Source: Selaginella moellendorffii (Eukaryota > Plantae > Lycopodiophyta). Taken from it: DNA of 64,000 bases. This document shows positions 13,601-25,525 of this stretch, piece by piece. The translations under genes were made by a program, and so were the position numbers. Positions within the stretch are counted from its first letter, which is position 1. Each line of letters begins with the position of its first letter. The DNA is taken from positions 1,901,149-1,965,148 of the forward strand of contig NW_003314274.1 in NCBI RefSeq assembly GCF_000143415.4, read 5' to 3'. The notes beneath the pieces were generated by a model. The model did no database searches. It was not told the origin of the DNA and saw only the letters and a list, made by a program, of their open reading frames with translations.

Positions 13601-14404
13601 GAGTTTCCATTTCCTACCTGCACTCATTTTTTCGGATGTTATCAGGCCGTGGAAACATCTCTGAAAAATGTAAATCTCTTCTATGATGGGGTGGGAGACA
13701 GAAGAGCAGGGACATATAGCGGTGGAATGAAAAGACGGCTCAGCGTGGCCATTTCTCTCATTGGACATTCAAAAGTACGTATACACCTTGAAAACTCCGA
13801 CTGAAAAACTAAAGCGTTGTGGCAGGCGGTTTATATGGATGAGCCAAGCACCGGATTGGATCCTGCCTCACGAAGGACGCTATGGAACGCTATCAAGAAG
13901 GCAAAGCAAGATCGTGCTATCATATTAACGAGTAAGTGATTCTTCAAGATTCGCGAGAGAGGATTGTTATCGCTTGTTGTTTTGCAGCACATTCAATGGA
14001 AGAGGCAGAAGCCTTGTGCGATCGCGTTGGTATTTTCGTGAAAGGTCAGCTCCAGTGCATTGGCAACACGAGAGAGGTGAGTGAAAAAGAGAGCTCTCAC
14101 TTTGTTTCATCAATTTTCTTTCCTCCAGCTCAAGTCCAGATATGGTGGCACTTACGTCTTCACTGTGACTGGCGACCCCTCGAAAGAGCAAGAAGTGGGA
14201 AATCTGGTGCGCGAGTGGTCGAGTGGTGCAAAACAGGTTTACAACCTCTCTGGCACTCAAAAGTTTGAGATACCGAAGGACGACGTGAAGATAGCTAGGG
14301 TGTTTAGAGAAGTCGGCGAGTGGAAAGAGCGGCTGGGCATCCAAGCGTGGGGATTGACAGATACCACTCTAGAAGATGTTTTCATCAAAGTAGCGACCAA
14401 TTAA
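10694..14404 (+). CDS. ABCA: ABC transporter A family half-transporter (ABCA7/ATH-like), copy B
   Basis: [88 protein letters not shown] then TAA at 14402-14404. Confidence 0.92.
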
Positions 14405-16796
14405 ACGAGAAAGAAAGAGATCACATGCAGTGCAGCAACCCGTGCATTGCAACTTGTGCACAGATACATACATGCTTAAAGGAAGACCGATGATCGTAGA
14501 ATATGCCCGAGGCCAAAAATAACAAGCGCGAATAGAATCAATGATCGTCAAAATGACCAAAGGTTTATCGTAAGGAGCATTACACTACCTCAAGCCCGAG
14601 CTGGGAATACAAGGGAATTCCATCATGGAAGGCATTGTGGTCGGATCCACCAATGAACCGCCGGTTTCACACCCAATCCTTCCACCAACAGTCCGCTGGA
14701 AAGATGAAAAGTAGTTGTGAGTATACACAAAGAACGAAAACCAAGAGGATTCACCTGAGATGTCCGTCTTGTTCCTCAGCCGCTGGAGCACAAGTCTAGC
14801 TTCCAATGAACTGCGGCAGCGTGGACAGCGTCTCACGTATCTCCGGAGGAGCAGTCTCGGCAATGTATCACTGTCACTGCGATGCCGAGACCCGAGCCGA
14901 CCAGCAACCTTGACAAGATCAGCACGGCGACCACAGCATGATCGCAGAGCTCGTGGTGTAGAAAACCGCCGAGAATAGCTCGCTGGCCCAGCCACGATCC
15001 AGGCCCCGAGCTAAGGAGAGCTGCGACGAGCGAAGAATGGGTGTTCGAACCGGCTCCACCGAAGACCAAGAACAAAGGTTCGTCGTTTCTCGAGAATGGA
15101 TCCAGCCAGCACGTTTTGTATACACTGGAAGTCTCGTGGATCGCCAAACCTCTGCTCAAATCCGATCCAACACACAGCAGCTTCTCACAAGCCGGTAGTC
15201 TCCTTTTGGAAACCTCATCAATGTGGCTCCCAGCAGCAATCGTGCTACGAGTCCAACGTCGAGAAAGGCGAGGGGATTTCGAAGAAGGTGGGGTGGTGGG
15301 AGAGATTGAGGAGCTCTTAACTCCACTGCTGTGACAATGTGCAAGCTCAAAGTTGGCAACATGATGGGAGTTAACTCAGTGTGAATGGGACTACGGTTGT
15401 GAACCTGACTGTGAGTGCTGGGATCAGTAGCAGCTGGCACTTTGGAATGGGATAACCAGAGGACCATTGTCAGTGATCAAGAACACCACTAGTTTTTTCT
15501 TAACTTTGAAAGAAATTCATTGAAACTTTGAAGCCATAAATTTTTAACATACACCATTGGATCGCTTTGAAACTTTTGAGCATGTTACTCCCTTATCCTC
15601 CTAGCTTCTCACCATTTAGATTTCCCATCTGAGCGTTCAACAAAAATTCTGAAGCACTAATAGTAACTAATAAACTTTTCATGTGCTTTGAAACTTGATT
15701 AAGTCATTAGATCATACTAAATTTAGTCCACAGATACCCACTAAGGTCCTCTCCAATCCCATCAGAGCAATTTGCAATCCAAGTAGTGGTTCCTCTGCAA
15801 CATTTGAATCAAAGAGGCAATAAGGCTAGAGTTAAGATTGAGCAGAACTCTATTACAGCCCATTTGGATAGATTTTATAAGTTTGGTGGGAGGTTTGATT
15901 TTGCAAGTGATGCCCAAATTTAAAACTCACCCAAAACTTTGGAACCATGAATCTCCAACTTCAACTAGTATGTGCTTCTCCACCTCAACTATGTCTCTAT
16001 TGCTTAAATTTTGCATCTGATGCCTGAAAATAAACTCTATTGCATTGGTAGAAACTATTAAACTTTTGTTGTGCTCAGAATTTTTGATGTTGATATTTTG
16101 TGATTCAGCCATTAGATCTTTATGAAACTTCACTAATAAGTTATTTTATTTCTAAATAGTTCTAAAAAATTTCAGTAATTAATATATCCAAATCTCATTC
16201 CATAATCACATAGTCTATTCTCAATAAGGTTTTTGTGGCAATGCTTCTAGTTCTAAGCTCTACCATCGACATTTGTTCTCTATATTGGATTGATTAGAGT
16301 TCTAAAGTTTAGGTGAAAAGCTTTGCAAGGCTGATTACTATCTCTAGAGCTTTATATATAATGCCTTGGTGTGTGAGACTACATATCGCAAATGTAACTA
16401 TAAGCATTAAAATTATTGTAAATTGGGCATAATTAACCAACTTGACATATAGTCTAGCTCTTATTTGTTTGGCTATCCTTATTTTGTATTTAACTTGGGT
16501 CTAAGCCTAAACTCTATACCATGTTAACTAATGAAGTATTTATATTTTTATGTTAGGCCACTGGTATGTCGAAATAGTGCCAAACTTCAACCCTTAAAAA
16601 TTTACCCCCAAAAACGAGTATGCAATTTCATGCTAAATTAAAACACAGCCATCATTTGAGATCTCCATTGGTGACTTCTTGGGTCCATGCAAATTTATGT
16701 AGATTGCAATTGGATTTCCCAACCTCTCACCTTGCATAACAACCTAGCACTTCTTTCAAGCTGGTCTTTATATTACCTCCTCATTATAGTCTTTGT

Positions 16797-17040
16797 GTGT
16801 TAGATCCTAAACTTCATTGTCACTGTCCTTGTGATTGTTGTCATTGTATGTTAATCTTGGACTTCGTTGTCATTGTCCTTGTTATTGTTATCATTGTATG
16901 TTGGATCTTGGACTTTATTGTCACTATCTTTGTTATTATTGTCATTGTATGTTTGATTTTGGACTTCATTATAACTGTCCTCATCATATGTTGGATCCTA
17001 GAAATCTTGGACTTTATTGTCACTGTCCTCACCATTACCT
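16797..17040. repeat. Minisatellite, ~51-bp unit, ~5 diverged copies
   Basis: Recurrent GTTGGATCTTGGACTTYATTGTCACTGTCC...GTCATTGTAT; the 17-aa periodicity is visible in the ORF translation. Confidence 0.8.
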
Positions 17041-17986
17041 TTAGCATATAGGCTCTATTATTTCCTTTATGTGGATTTACTTAGAAGATGCTGGGAAACT
17101 TTATCCTCGTTGTGTTGGAGTTTAACATCCCTACTGACTGAAGGCAGATCTTGGAGATGGAACATTAACTATGCTAGCTTTATCCACCCACCTACAATAA
17201 ACATAAAAAAGGACTAGTAAATCAAGTAGGTGAAAATGAAAAACTTACTCTAAAGCAACATTTTAAAGTCTTTCAAATTTCACTATATATGAATTTTTGT
17301 GTTGAAACTGAACAAGCATGGCTTACATTCTATCACTCCAAAGCTCGTATATCCCATCTAGTCCTGACATGAGTACAGGCAGTAATGTGTTATATGCCTC
17401 TTGGTTCCATTGCAGTATAATCGCCACACCACTCACAAAGTAAAAGAGCATTTAACTCTATTTTGCATATTGGTTTTAGCATTAGGATATTAGATGTTTT
17501 AAGATTGTTTCAATATTATTCCTTGGGCTATATGCTTAAGAGTTATTTTATGCTTTAGTTCATTCATTTCTTGGTTAAATGCTTAGGAGTTTTACTCCAT
17601 CCTTATGTTTAAAGACTTAAGGCATTGAAGTTTGAGTTCCACTCTATTGCCTTTGACACATGTGTTCAAGGGTTATTATTCTGCTCTATGGTTATCCTAT
17701 ACACCATATTAGTGGTGTTTGACACATTGTGCTACAAGATGCTACAAAACAAATTAATTGTTACAATTGCCAAAAGGAGAGAAGGGAGGAGAGATGTGTG
17801 TTATGTTTATTTTTTTTGTAGAAGGTAAAATTTCTATCCTTCTTATACAAAGCATTGTGAAAGGTATAATATTTCATCCTTTTTTTACTTTCCCCAAAGA
17901 GAGAATGTAAAAGATGACAATTACACTAATTATAACTTGTATGTAACATTTCATCTTTCAGTTAGTGCCTTTTTCTTATCTTGTGT

Positions 17987-20900
17987 TCTGAGGGCCAAGT
18001 GTATGGCTACAATGCCGCATACTAATATTAGCGTAGTGGGAGCCGTCAGATTGATTTCAATCTGGACCACTTGCTCCTGTATATAAGTTAGGGTTTTTTG
18101 GGCTAATATATATACACATTTTCTATATTCCCTTTCTATATTCTAAGCACTCACATTGGTGGAGATGAGGGGCACCCTTGATTGTCCCTGAGGAGTGCTT
18201 GAATTTGGGATTTTGGTTTAGATTTAGCTTTTTGCATCGTCTAGATTTAGCTTTTTCCATTTCCTTTCTTTTGTTCTTCCCTTCCAGAATTTTGGTTTAG
18301 ATCTAGCTTTTTGCATTGTCTAGATCTCCCATTTCCTTCTTGCTTTTTGTCATTTTTTTTCTTTTGCTCTTTCTTCGTCCGTCTTCATGGTAGATCAGCA
18401 ATCTCCTCCTTTTACTCTGGAGCAGCAGTTGGTACAATTTCTTGATGCTATGCGCTTGCAATTGAACAACCAAACTCAGTTGATAGCGGCGTTCACGGCA
18501 TGTGGTACAACTCCTCTTGCTCTTGGTGCTAATCCTCGCGTTCGGCCGGAGTTCTTTCGCGGGAATCCTGCGGATGATATGTACCATTGGTTCAATCACT
18601 TCACGGTGATTGCCACATATCATTCTTGGGATGATGCTCAATGTTTGCGTGAGTTTCCCATGTGTCTCCAAGGGACGGCGTTGCAATGGTACAATAGTCT
18701 GAGCACAACCACTCGTGGGGATTGGAGTGTTCTCCCGGACGTCTTCAAAAGTGCCTTCGGACATGCCGACGACTATGATGATGCCTTCTAACAATTGCAT
18801 CGTCTTCACCAAGGGCCATTTGAGTCAGTGATGCAATTTGGCATTCGTTTCCGAAGTCTTTTGTTTCGTGCGGAGCCCAATATGTCGGAGCGGATCAAGC
18901 TAGGAATGTTGTGGCTAGCACTTCATTAAGATCTTGTCGGACTTGTGCATGCACTTGCTCCTGCCACCCTTGATGATGCTCTTCGCTTGGCACAACGTTA
19001 TGAGACGTCACCTCTTCCACTTCTTGCTGCCCGTCCTTTAGCTCCCCATCTGATTCCAACCGGGGATGCTCGTCCAATCAAGGTTCCTGTTCGTCGTCGG
19101 TCACCCAAGGAGATCAAAATTTTACGTGTAAACGTTAAGGAGATGTTGGAGAAGGGTGTTATTTGGAAGTCATAGAGTCCTTGGACATGTGAACCTCATT
19201 TTGTGACAAAGCCTGATGGGAGTATTCATTTATGCATCGACTATCGTCTGTTAAACGAAGTGACGATCCCAAATGTGCCACTACTAATCTCTTGGATTGT
19301 CTGGGGCGAAGTCATTGGTTCACCAAGCTAGATCTGGGTACTGGCAAGTACCGATGGCCGAAGAAGATATTCCTAAGACTGCTTTTCATACACCATTTGG
19401 TTTGTACGAGTTCTTGGTGATGCCGTTTGGTTTGAACAATGCTCCAGCAACTTTCCAGCAGATGATGGATGAGGTTCTTTGCGATATGCCAGAGATGATT
19501 GTTGGTTTCATTGATGATGTCTTGATCCACTCGGAGGGGACGTGGGAGGAGCATGTTCGTGATGTTTGTAAAGTGTTGGATCGGCTACATGATGTTGGTT
19601 TAAAGTTGAAGCGGTCAAAGTGCATGTTTGGGTCCAAAGACACAACCTATCTTGGGTACTGTATTTCTTGTGAGGGCTTGCAAGTTGATCCTGACAAACT
19701 TATAGCTTCTAAAGTTCCTTACTCCGAGGTGTGTGAATGATGTGCAGCGCTTCTTGGGCAAGGTGTAGTATCTCGGTCGTTTTGTGGATCATCTTTCTAA
19801 TCGCACTGCACTGTTGCAAGCTTTGCTAAAGTCATCAACATCATCTTTCATCTGGTCTCTAGATTGTGAGCAGGCATTCGTGGATCTCAAAGAGCTATTG
19901 ACGACTCCTCCAGTTTTGGCATATCCTGACTATACTTGACCTTTTATTTTGCGCGTGGATGCTTTTGACATTGGTCTTGGAGGTGTGTTGATGCAAGAGA
20001 GCTCGAGTGTGCCTAGTCAACGCCATCCCATTGCGTATATAAGCCGTACATTACAACCAGCAAAGATGAACTACTCCACGACATTATTAAAGCGGAAGAA
20101 CCTGGTTGGTCGTACTGCTAGATAGGCTTTGAAGTTTTAGATATATGATTTTGATGTTGTTCATTGCTTAAGGAGTTCTATGTCTGATGTTGATGCCCTG
20201 TCTCAAACTCTTCTTCCTTGTCCACTCTCTTCTCATATTTCTGACGAACCTATTATTCCAACATCTGTGGATTTTCTAGATGAGGATTCTGTGCCGTCGG
20301 CGGTTGCTATACTTGACATTCAGTGTCCACAAGGCACAGAGCAAGATCTACCTTCTCTTAATGAGGTTTGCAAGGCTTAAAAGATTGAGCCATGAATTCG
20401 AAAGCTTCGAGATAGGTTTGAGAATTCTACATCACTTGCTGATGACTTGCCTTTCCGGCATTTACAATCTCAATATTGCTTTGTAGACGGCCTTTTTTAT
20501 TTTGTGGGGACGGATCTTGATGATCATTTATGGCTGGTGGTGCCTTCTATCTTTATTCCACAGTTTCTCCATGTCTACCATGATTCTCCTGTTCTAGGTG
20601 GGCATATGGGACATCGCCATATAACAAAAAAGCTGTGCAGGTCTTTCTATTGGCTGGAGATGCGACATGATATTATCCGATATGTGCGTAGTTGTGTTTG
20701 GTGCCAAGCTCATAATACTCCCCCTCGGGCTATGGAAGGACGGTTGGAGTCAATTGTAATTTCCCGTCTGTTTGAGTTGATGGCATTTTATCTTATGGGA
20801 CCTTTTCCATGGTCGACTGCTGGCAATGAGTATGTTATTATTGCTTCTAACTACTTGACTCGTTGGGTGGAAGTTGGTGCTCTTGCTAGCGCCTCTGCAA

Positions 20901-21901
20901 CTACTATTGGATATGTCCTCCTCAATCGAGTGGTGTTCCAGCATTCTTGTCCAGAGCGGATTCTTTCGGATAATGGACCCGCATTTATGGCTGAGGCATT
21001 TCATGTTTTGACGTCTCGGCTGGGGATATGCCACAATTTCACAAGTGCTTATCATCCACAATCAGACGGTCTGGTGGAACAGCTCATTTAGACATTCAAA
21101 GGGATGATTGCAAAATATGTGAACTTTCAACATTCGGATTGGGATGGTTATTTGCCGTCTCTTCGGTATGCATATGTCATAGAGGTGCAAAGTTCTATTA
21201 GTGCTTCACCATATAAACTCCTATATGGTCATGATTTAATATTACCAACGGAGCTGGGTTTACCTTCGCGATTGCCACGAGTTACCGATGCTAGGTTGTG
21301 GGATCAGTATTTGATGAGCATTCTTCCACTTGTCCGAGTAGAGTCTGCCAAACACTTAAACCGCATACAAGTGGGACAACAACGGCACTACGACTCCCAT
21401 CATCGCCCACCTGCGGAGTATAAAATGGATGATTTGGTGTTAGTCTGTTTTCCCCATCTTACGGTACATGGTTTATCTAAGGGGCTCCTTGTGCAGTGGA
21501 AAGGACCATATCGCGTGTTGCGGCAAGTTGAACCACAAGTTTATGAAGTTCGGCATGACGTCCAACAGGTTGATCCTCTAGAGATTATATATGTGCAGCG
21601 GTTGAAACACTTCTTACAAAGGGATCAGGAGCAGTTAATACCACCTATAGATCCACCGATGCCTCCTCCTGATGTTCCTCTAGATCCCAGCGCGTCTACA
21701 AGAGAACCCTGATGGTCTTCCATTATTTCGAGAGGAGGGGATGATGTGAGGGCCAAGTGTATGGCTATGATACCGTATACTAATATTAGCATAATAGGAT
21801 TTTGGTAGCTGTCAGATTGGTTTTAATCCAGACCACTCGCTCCTATATATAAGGTAGAGTTTTTTGGGCTAATGGATATGCACATTTTCTATATTCCCAC
21901 A
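17987..21901 (+). mobile_element. Decayed Ty3/gypsy LTR retrotransposon (non-chromovirus, tRNA-Ala PBS), copy 1
   Basis: Short LTRs 17987-18155 and 21745-21901; PBS TGGTGGAGATGAGGGG at 18157-18172; PPT GAGAGGAGGGGATGA. Contains gag, RT (MPFGLNNAPATFQ, FIDD), partial RNase H and integrase (HHCC, SDNG, GPY). No chromodomain; many stops. Confidence 0.92.
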
Positions 21902-24232
21902 GTATAGAATATTAGGTTCCTAAAAAATGAAGTTTTTTGTTTTTTAGCATTAAAGGACATGGTTGTTAGTGACAAGATAATAGTATTCCTTGTATGATAT
22001 ATACATCTAAAAGCTTATAATTTTATATCATTTTATTTGAATTGTTTTTAGTAGATGACACTATTTAGTAACTTGAAAAGAGGCATTTCATTTCTTTCTA
22101 GAAGGTTTAAGCTAAATTTGTCATTGATTGTGTAGAGGTATTGGTATGCTACTTTAGCAGAAAAACATCTTGCTCATAGAGTTGAATGAAAATAATTGAT
22201 AATTCATTTCTCCCTAACTTAGAAGGTTTAAATTTGCTATTAATTGCAAACTCCCTCCCATATGATAAATTGCTCACACGAAGAGGAGCACTAGAGTTCT
22301 ACACACAAGATCATACAAAGAAATAAGGAGCAATAGAGACGAATTCATATAGTTAAAAGGAGAATAACACTCAATTCTCCAAGTATTGCTTCCATTATTC
22401 TCAAATATTGCCTTTAAAGTTTTATTTGTTTCTCCCATGGTGTTTCATTCCTTATTTAAAATCTACTTGAAGTGTTGCTTCCTTACCTTTTTATTTTTTG
22501 TAAGTGATACTCAAATTTTGAAACTCACTGAAACTTTGAAGTTATAAATCTCCAACAACACTGTTGGATTGCATTTAAAGATTATAAGTGTATTCTAACT
22601 TTTCCCTTGTAATTTCTCACTGTTCAAATTTCCTTTATGAGCTTTCTATAAAAATCCCGAAGCATTGATAATAACTAAGAACGTATTTATTTTGTGATTG
22701 AGCCATTAAATCATGCTAAAATTTTATCCATAGATACCCACTAAAATCCAAATGGGATATAATAAAGGTATGCTCAACCCTGAGTGTGTAACCTCATTGC
22801 CCCTTTGATTTTTGTAAGTGATACTAAACTCATCCAAACTTTGGAGCCATAAATTTTCAAATTCAACTGTTACACTATCTCAAAACTTCTTGAGTATGTA
22901 CCCTTTCACCCCTACTATGTCTTTGCTACTCAAATTTTACATATGAATGCCCAAACAAATCCTAATGCATTAGTAAAAACCTTAAACTTTTGTTGCAGTA
23001 AAAACTTCCATATTGATATTTTGTGATTCAACTGTTGGATTTTAATGAAATTTCACCTTCAAGATGCTGCAAAACAAGTTGATTGCCAAAAGGAGAAGAG
23101 GAGGGAGGAGAAATCTATATCATACCCATTATCTTCTAGGCATATGATTAATTTTTATGGTCTAAGAGGTAAAATCTTTGTTTTATTATACAAAGCATTA
23201 TAGAAGGTGTGGTATTTCATTCATTCCTTACTTCCCTAACAAAAAAATGTACAAAATGGCAATCACACTAGTTATAACTCACACTTGTTATCCATACCTT
23301 CTATATTTTAGTTCTTTAGCTTTTTAGTTGAATGCTTGAGAATTTTATTCTACTCCTCTGTTTAGAGGCATAACTCCTTGAGGCTCATGTTCCGCTCTAT
23401 TGCCCTTGGCACATATGTCCAAGGGTTATTGTTTTGCTCCATAGTTATCTTATATTAAATCATTATAAGAGGGTGAAAACCATATGTGTTATACCACATT
23501 AGTGGTGTTGGACATATTGTGCCACAAGATGTTGCAAAACAAATTGGTCATTGCAATTGCCAAAGGGAGAGGTGGAGGGAGGAGAAATGTTCATCATGCC
23601 ATGATTAGTGTTTATGGTACTAAAGGTAATATCTTTATCCTCTTTATATGGTATTTCATTCTTTCCTTGCTTTCCTTAATGAGAAAGCTTCTAAAAGACG
23701 AAGTCTTTCATTTTCAAGCATCAAAGAACATGGTTGTTGGTGGCAAAGTAATAGCATTCTTTACATAATATATATAGATCTAAGAGTTTTTGTGATCTTA
23801 TTCATCTTATTTGGATTGTTTTTCAGTGGAAGAGACTATTTAGCAACTTGAGAATAGGTATTTAATTTTTTTCTAGAAGCTAAATTTGTCATTGATTTTA
23901 TAAAGGCATTGGTATGCTACCTTAGTAGGAACACATTTTACTCAGACAGTTGAATGAAAACAATTGATAATTTATTTCTCCTTAGCCTAGAAAGTTTAAG
24001 TTTGTTATTGATTGCAGAGCCTCTTCCTGATTATAGGTTCCTCACACATCGAACAAGAAGAAAAGCACTAGAGTTCTATCTCAAGAAGAAAACAATTTAC
24101 ACACACAATCATATGAGGAGATAAAAAACAATAAAGAGGAACTTATAGAGTCAAAATAAAACAACACTCTCTTCTCTAAATGTTGCCTCCATTATTCCCA
24201 AATATTACCTCTAAAGTGTTATTTTATTTCTC

Positions 24233-25100
24233 TTCAAGGATGGCAAGCAACTCATTGCAAAGGTTTATAGTGGGAGTGAGGTACATGCAAAGTTGTAAGT
24301 GTTGCCATTGCAAGAGAGAAGGATCAATCACCAAAAAAGAATGTACCAGTTATAATGCAGAGAAATGATGATGCAATTGCATCTTTGACACCTTGTCAAA
24401 CTTCCTTCAGCAAGATTGAGTTTCACTGCATTGCCTATGTATAACTGCTATTGCTGCTCAGGCCATCCTGTACCACCATTGTTATAAATCTCCACTGGTT
24501 TTCTGGTTATGGGCCCAGGAAAAGCAGCCTTACATCTCTCTTTTATGTTGGGAAACATTGGAAAAAATGTCGGTGGTAGATCTCTCACAATATTTCATAA
24601 ACTCCATACGTTTTTGCTGTGCAAGGTTATTCTCTTATGAAAGACAAAAAATTTAAAGAGAGGCTGAATAAAGCACTGGCCCTGTTGGTTTGAAGCTGAT
24701 AAGAAAGCTTCGATCTCTGGCACTCTTTCATTGACAATGAAAAAGTCCCAGGTGATGAAAGCTTAACAAGGATGAAAAAAAAGAAAAGAAAGGCCTTTTT
24801 ATGACACTTCCATATAAGTAAGCATAAGCAGGGCAGGCTTGTTGATGTTGTTGAGCTTCTTCCTGCATCCCAAGCGGACGTTATTCTTGATAGCATAACA
24901 TCCTGAAGGTTTTTTCCAATAACAACTGAAAATTTTACGTAGGTCGCAGCGATCATCCCCAACTGTGGTAAAAAGCTTCTCCCCAATTTCCCGCAACACA
25001 AGGTGAAACCACTCTCGTCTTAATCCACCCATATCATGTCTTGATTCGCCCACAAACTCCAAAACCAGAGCCTGAGCACCTCCGGCGTCAGCTGCGCAAG
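24233..25100 (-). pseudogene. HECT-domain E3 ubiquitin ligase remnant
   Basis: LVLEFVGESRHDMGGLRREWFHLVLREI matches the HECT N-lobe motif (F.GE.G.D.GGL.REWF). A frameshifted YVKFSVVIGKNL follows, then FLCIITG and PTINLCNELL, which resembles the catalytic-Cys segment. Interrupted by stops. Confidence 0.55.
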
Positions 25101-25525
25101 ACCCTTGTGAGAATCCTGTAGAATGCAGTCCCTCTTCACGCGGAGCAGCGGACGTGCAGATTTCGTGCAAGACGTAGAGCTGCCTCGTACAAACTAGACC
25201 TTGAACTCCAAGCCCAAGCTCAAAAGGCACGGCCACTTCCGGAGCATGGGCAGCGCGAGCTTGAGGGCACGAGGGTGTCTATTGGCTATGCTTTATAGAA
25301 GAGTCACGGGGTGCGCTACTGGAGCCGAGTGGTTGAGTGAGGGGAGAGAGACTTTTGCCAACAACGAATTGAGGGATTCGGTTCATTTACTCTGGTCACC
25401 AAAGCTCAAGGGAATCCGTGATGAGCCCGCAATTGGAATTCTAGTAATATGCAATATGTGCCAGCTTTAACGGAGTTACGCACAAGAAGGTTCAAAGCTT
25501 GAAAAAGAATCCTATTTCATATCAT

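Larger units (their letters stand above)
15490..24230. repeat. Old diverged tandem duplication of an AT-rich non-coding unit; first copy split by the gypsy insertion
   Basis: ~15500-16140 resembles ~22500-23060, ~17570-17940 resembles ~23320-23680, and ~21920-22430 resembles ~23690-24230. Confidence 0.65.

Noticed and set aside
16797-17051. Cys/His-rich or hydrophobic small proteins, or a CRISPR-like array
   Set aside because: The ORFs are translations of a 51-bp minisatellite. There are no unique spacers and the context is eukaryotic.
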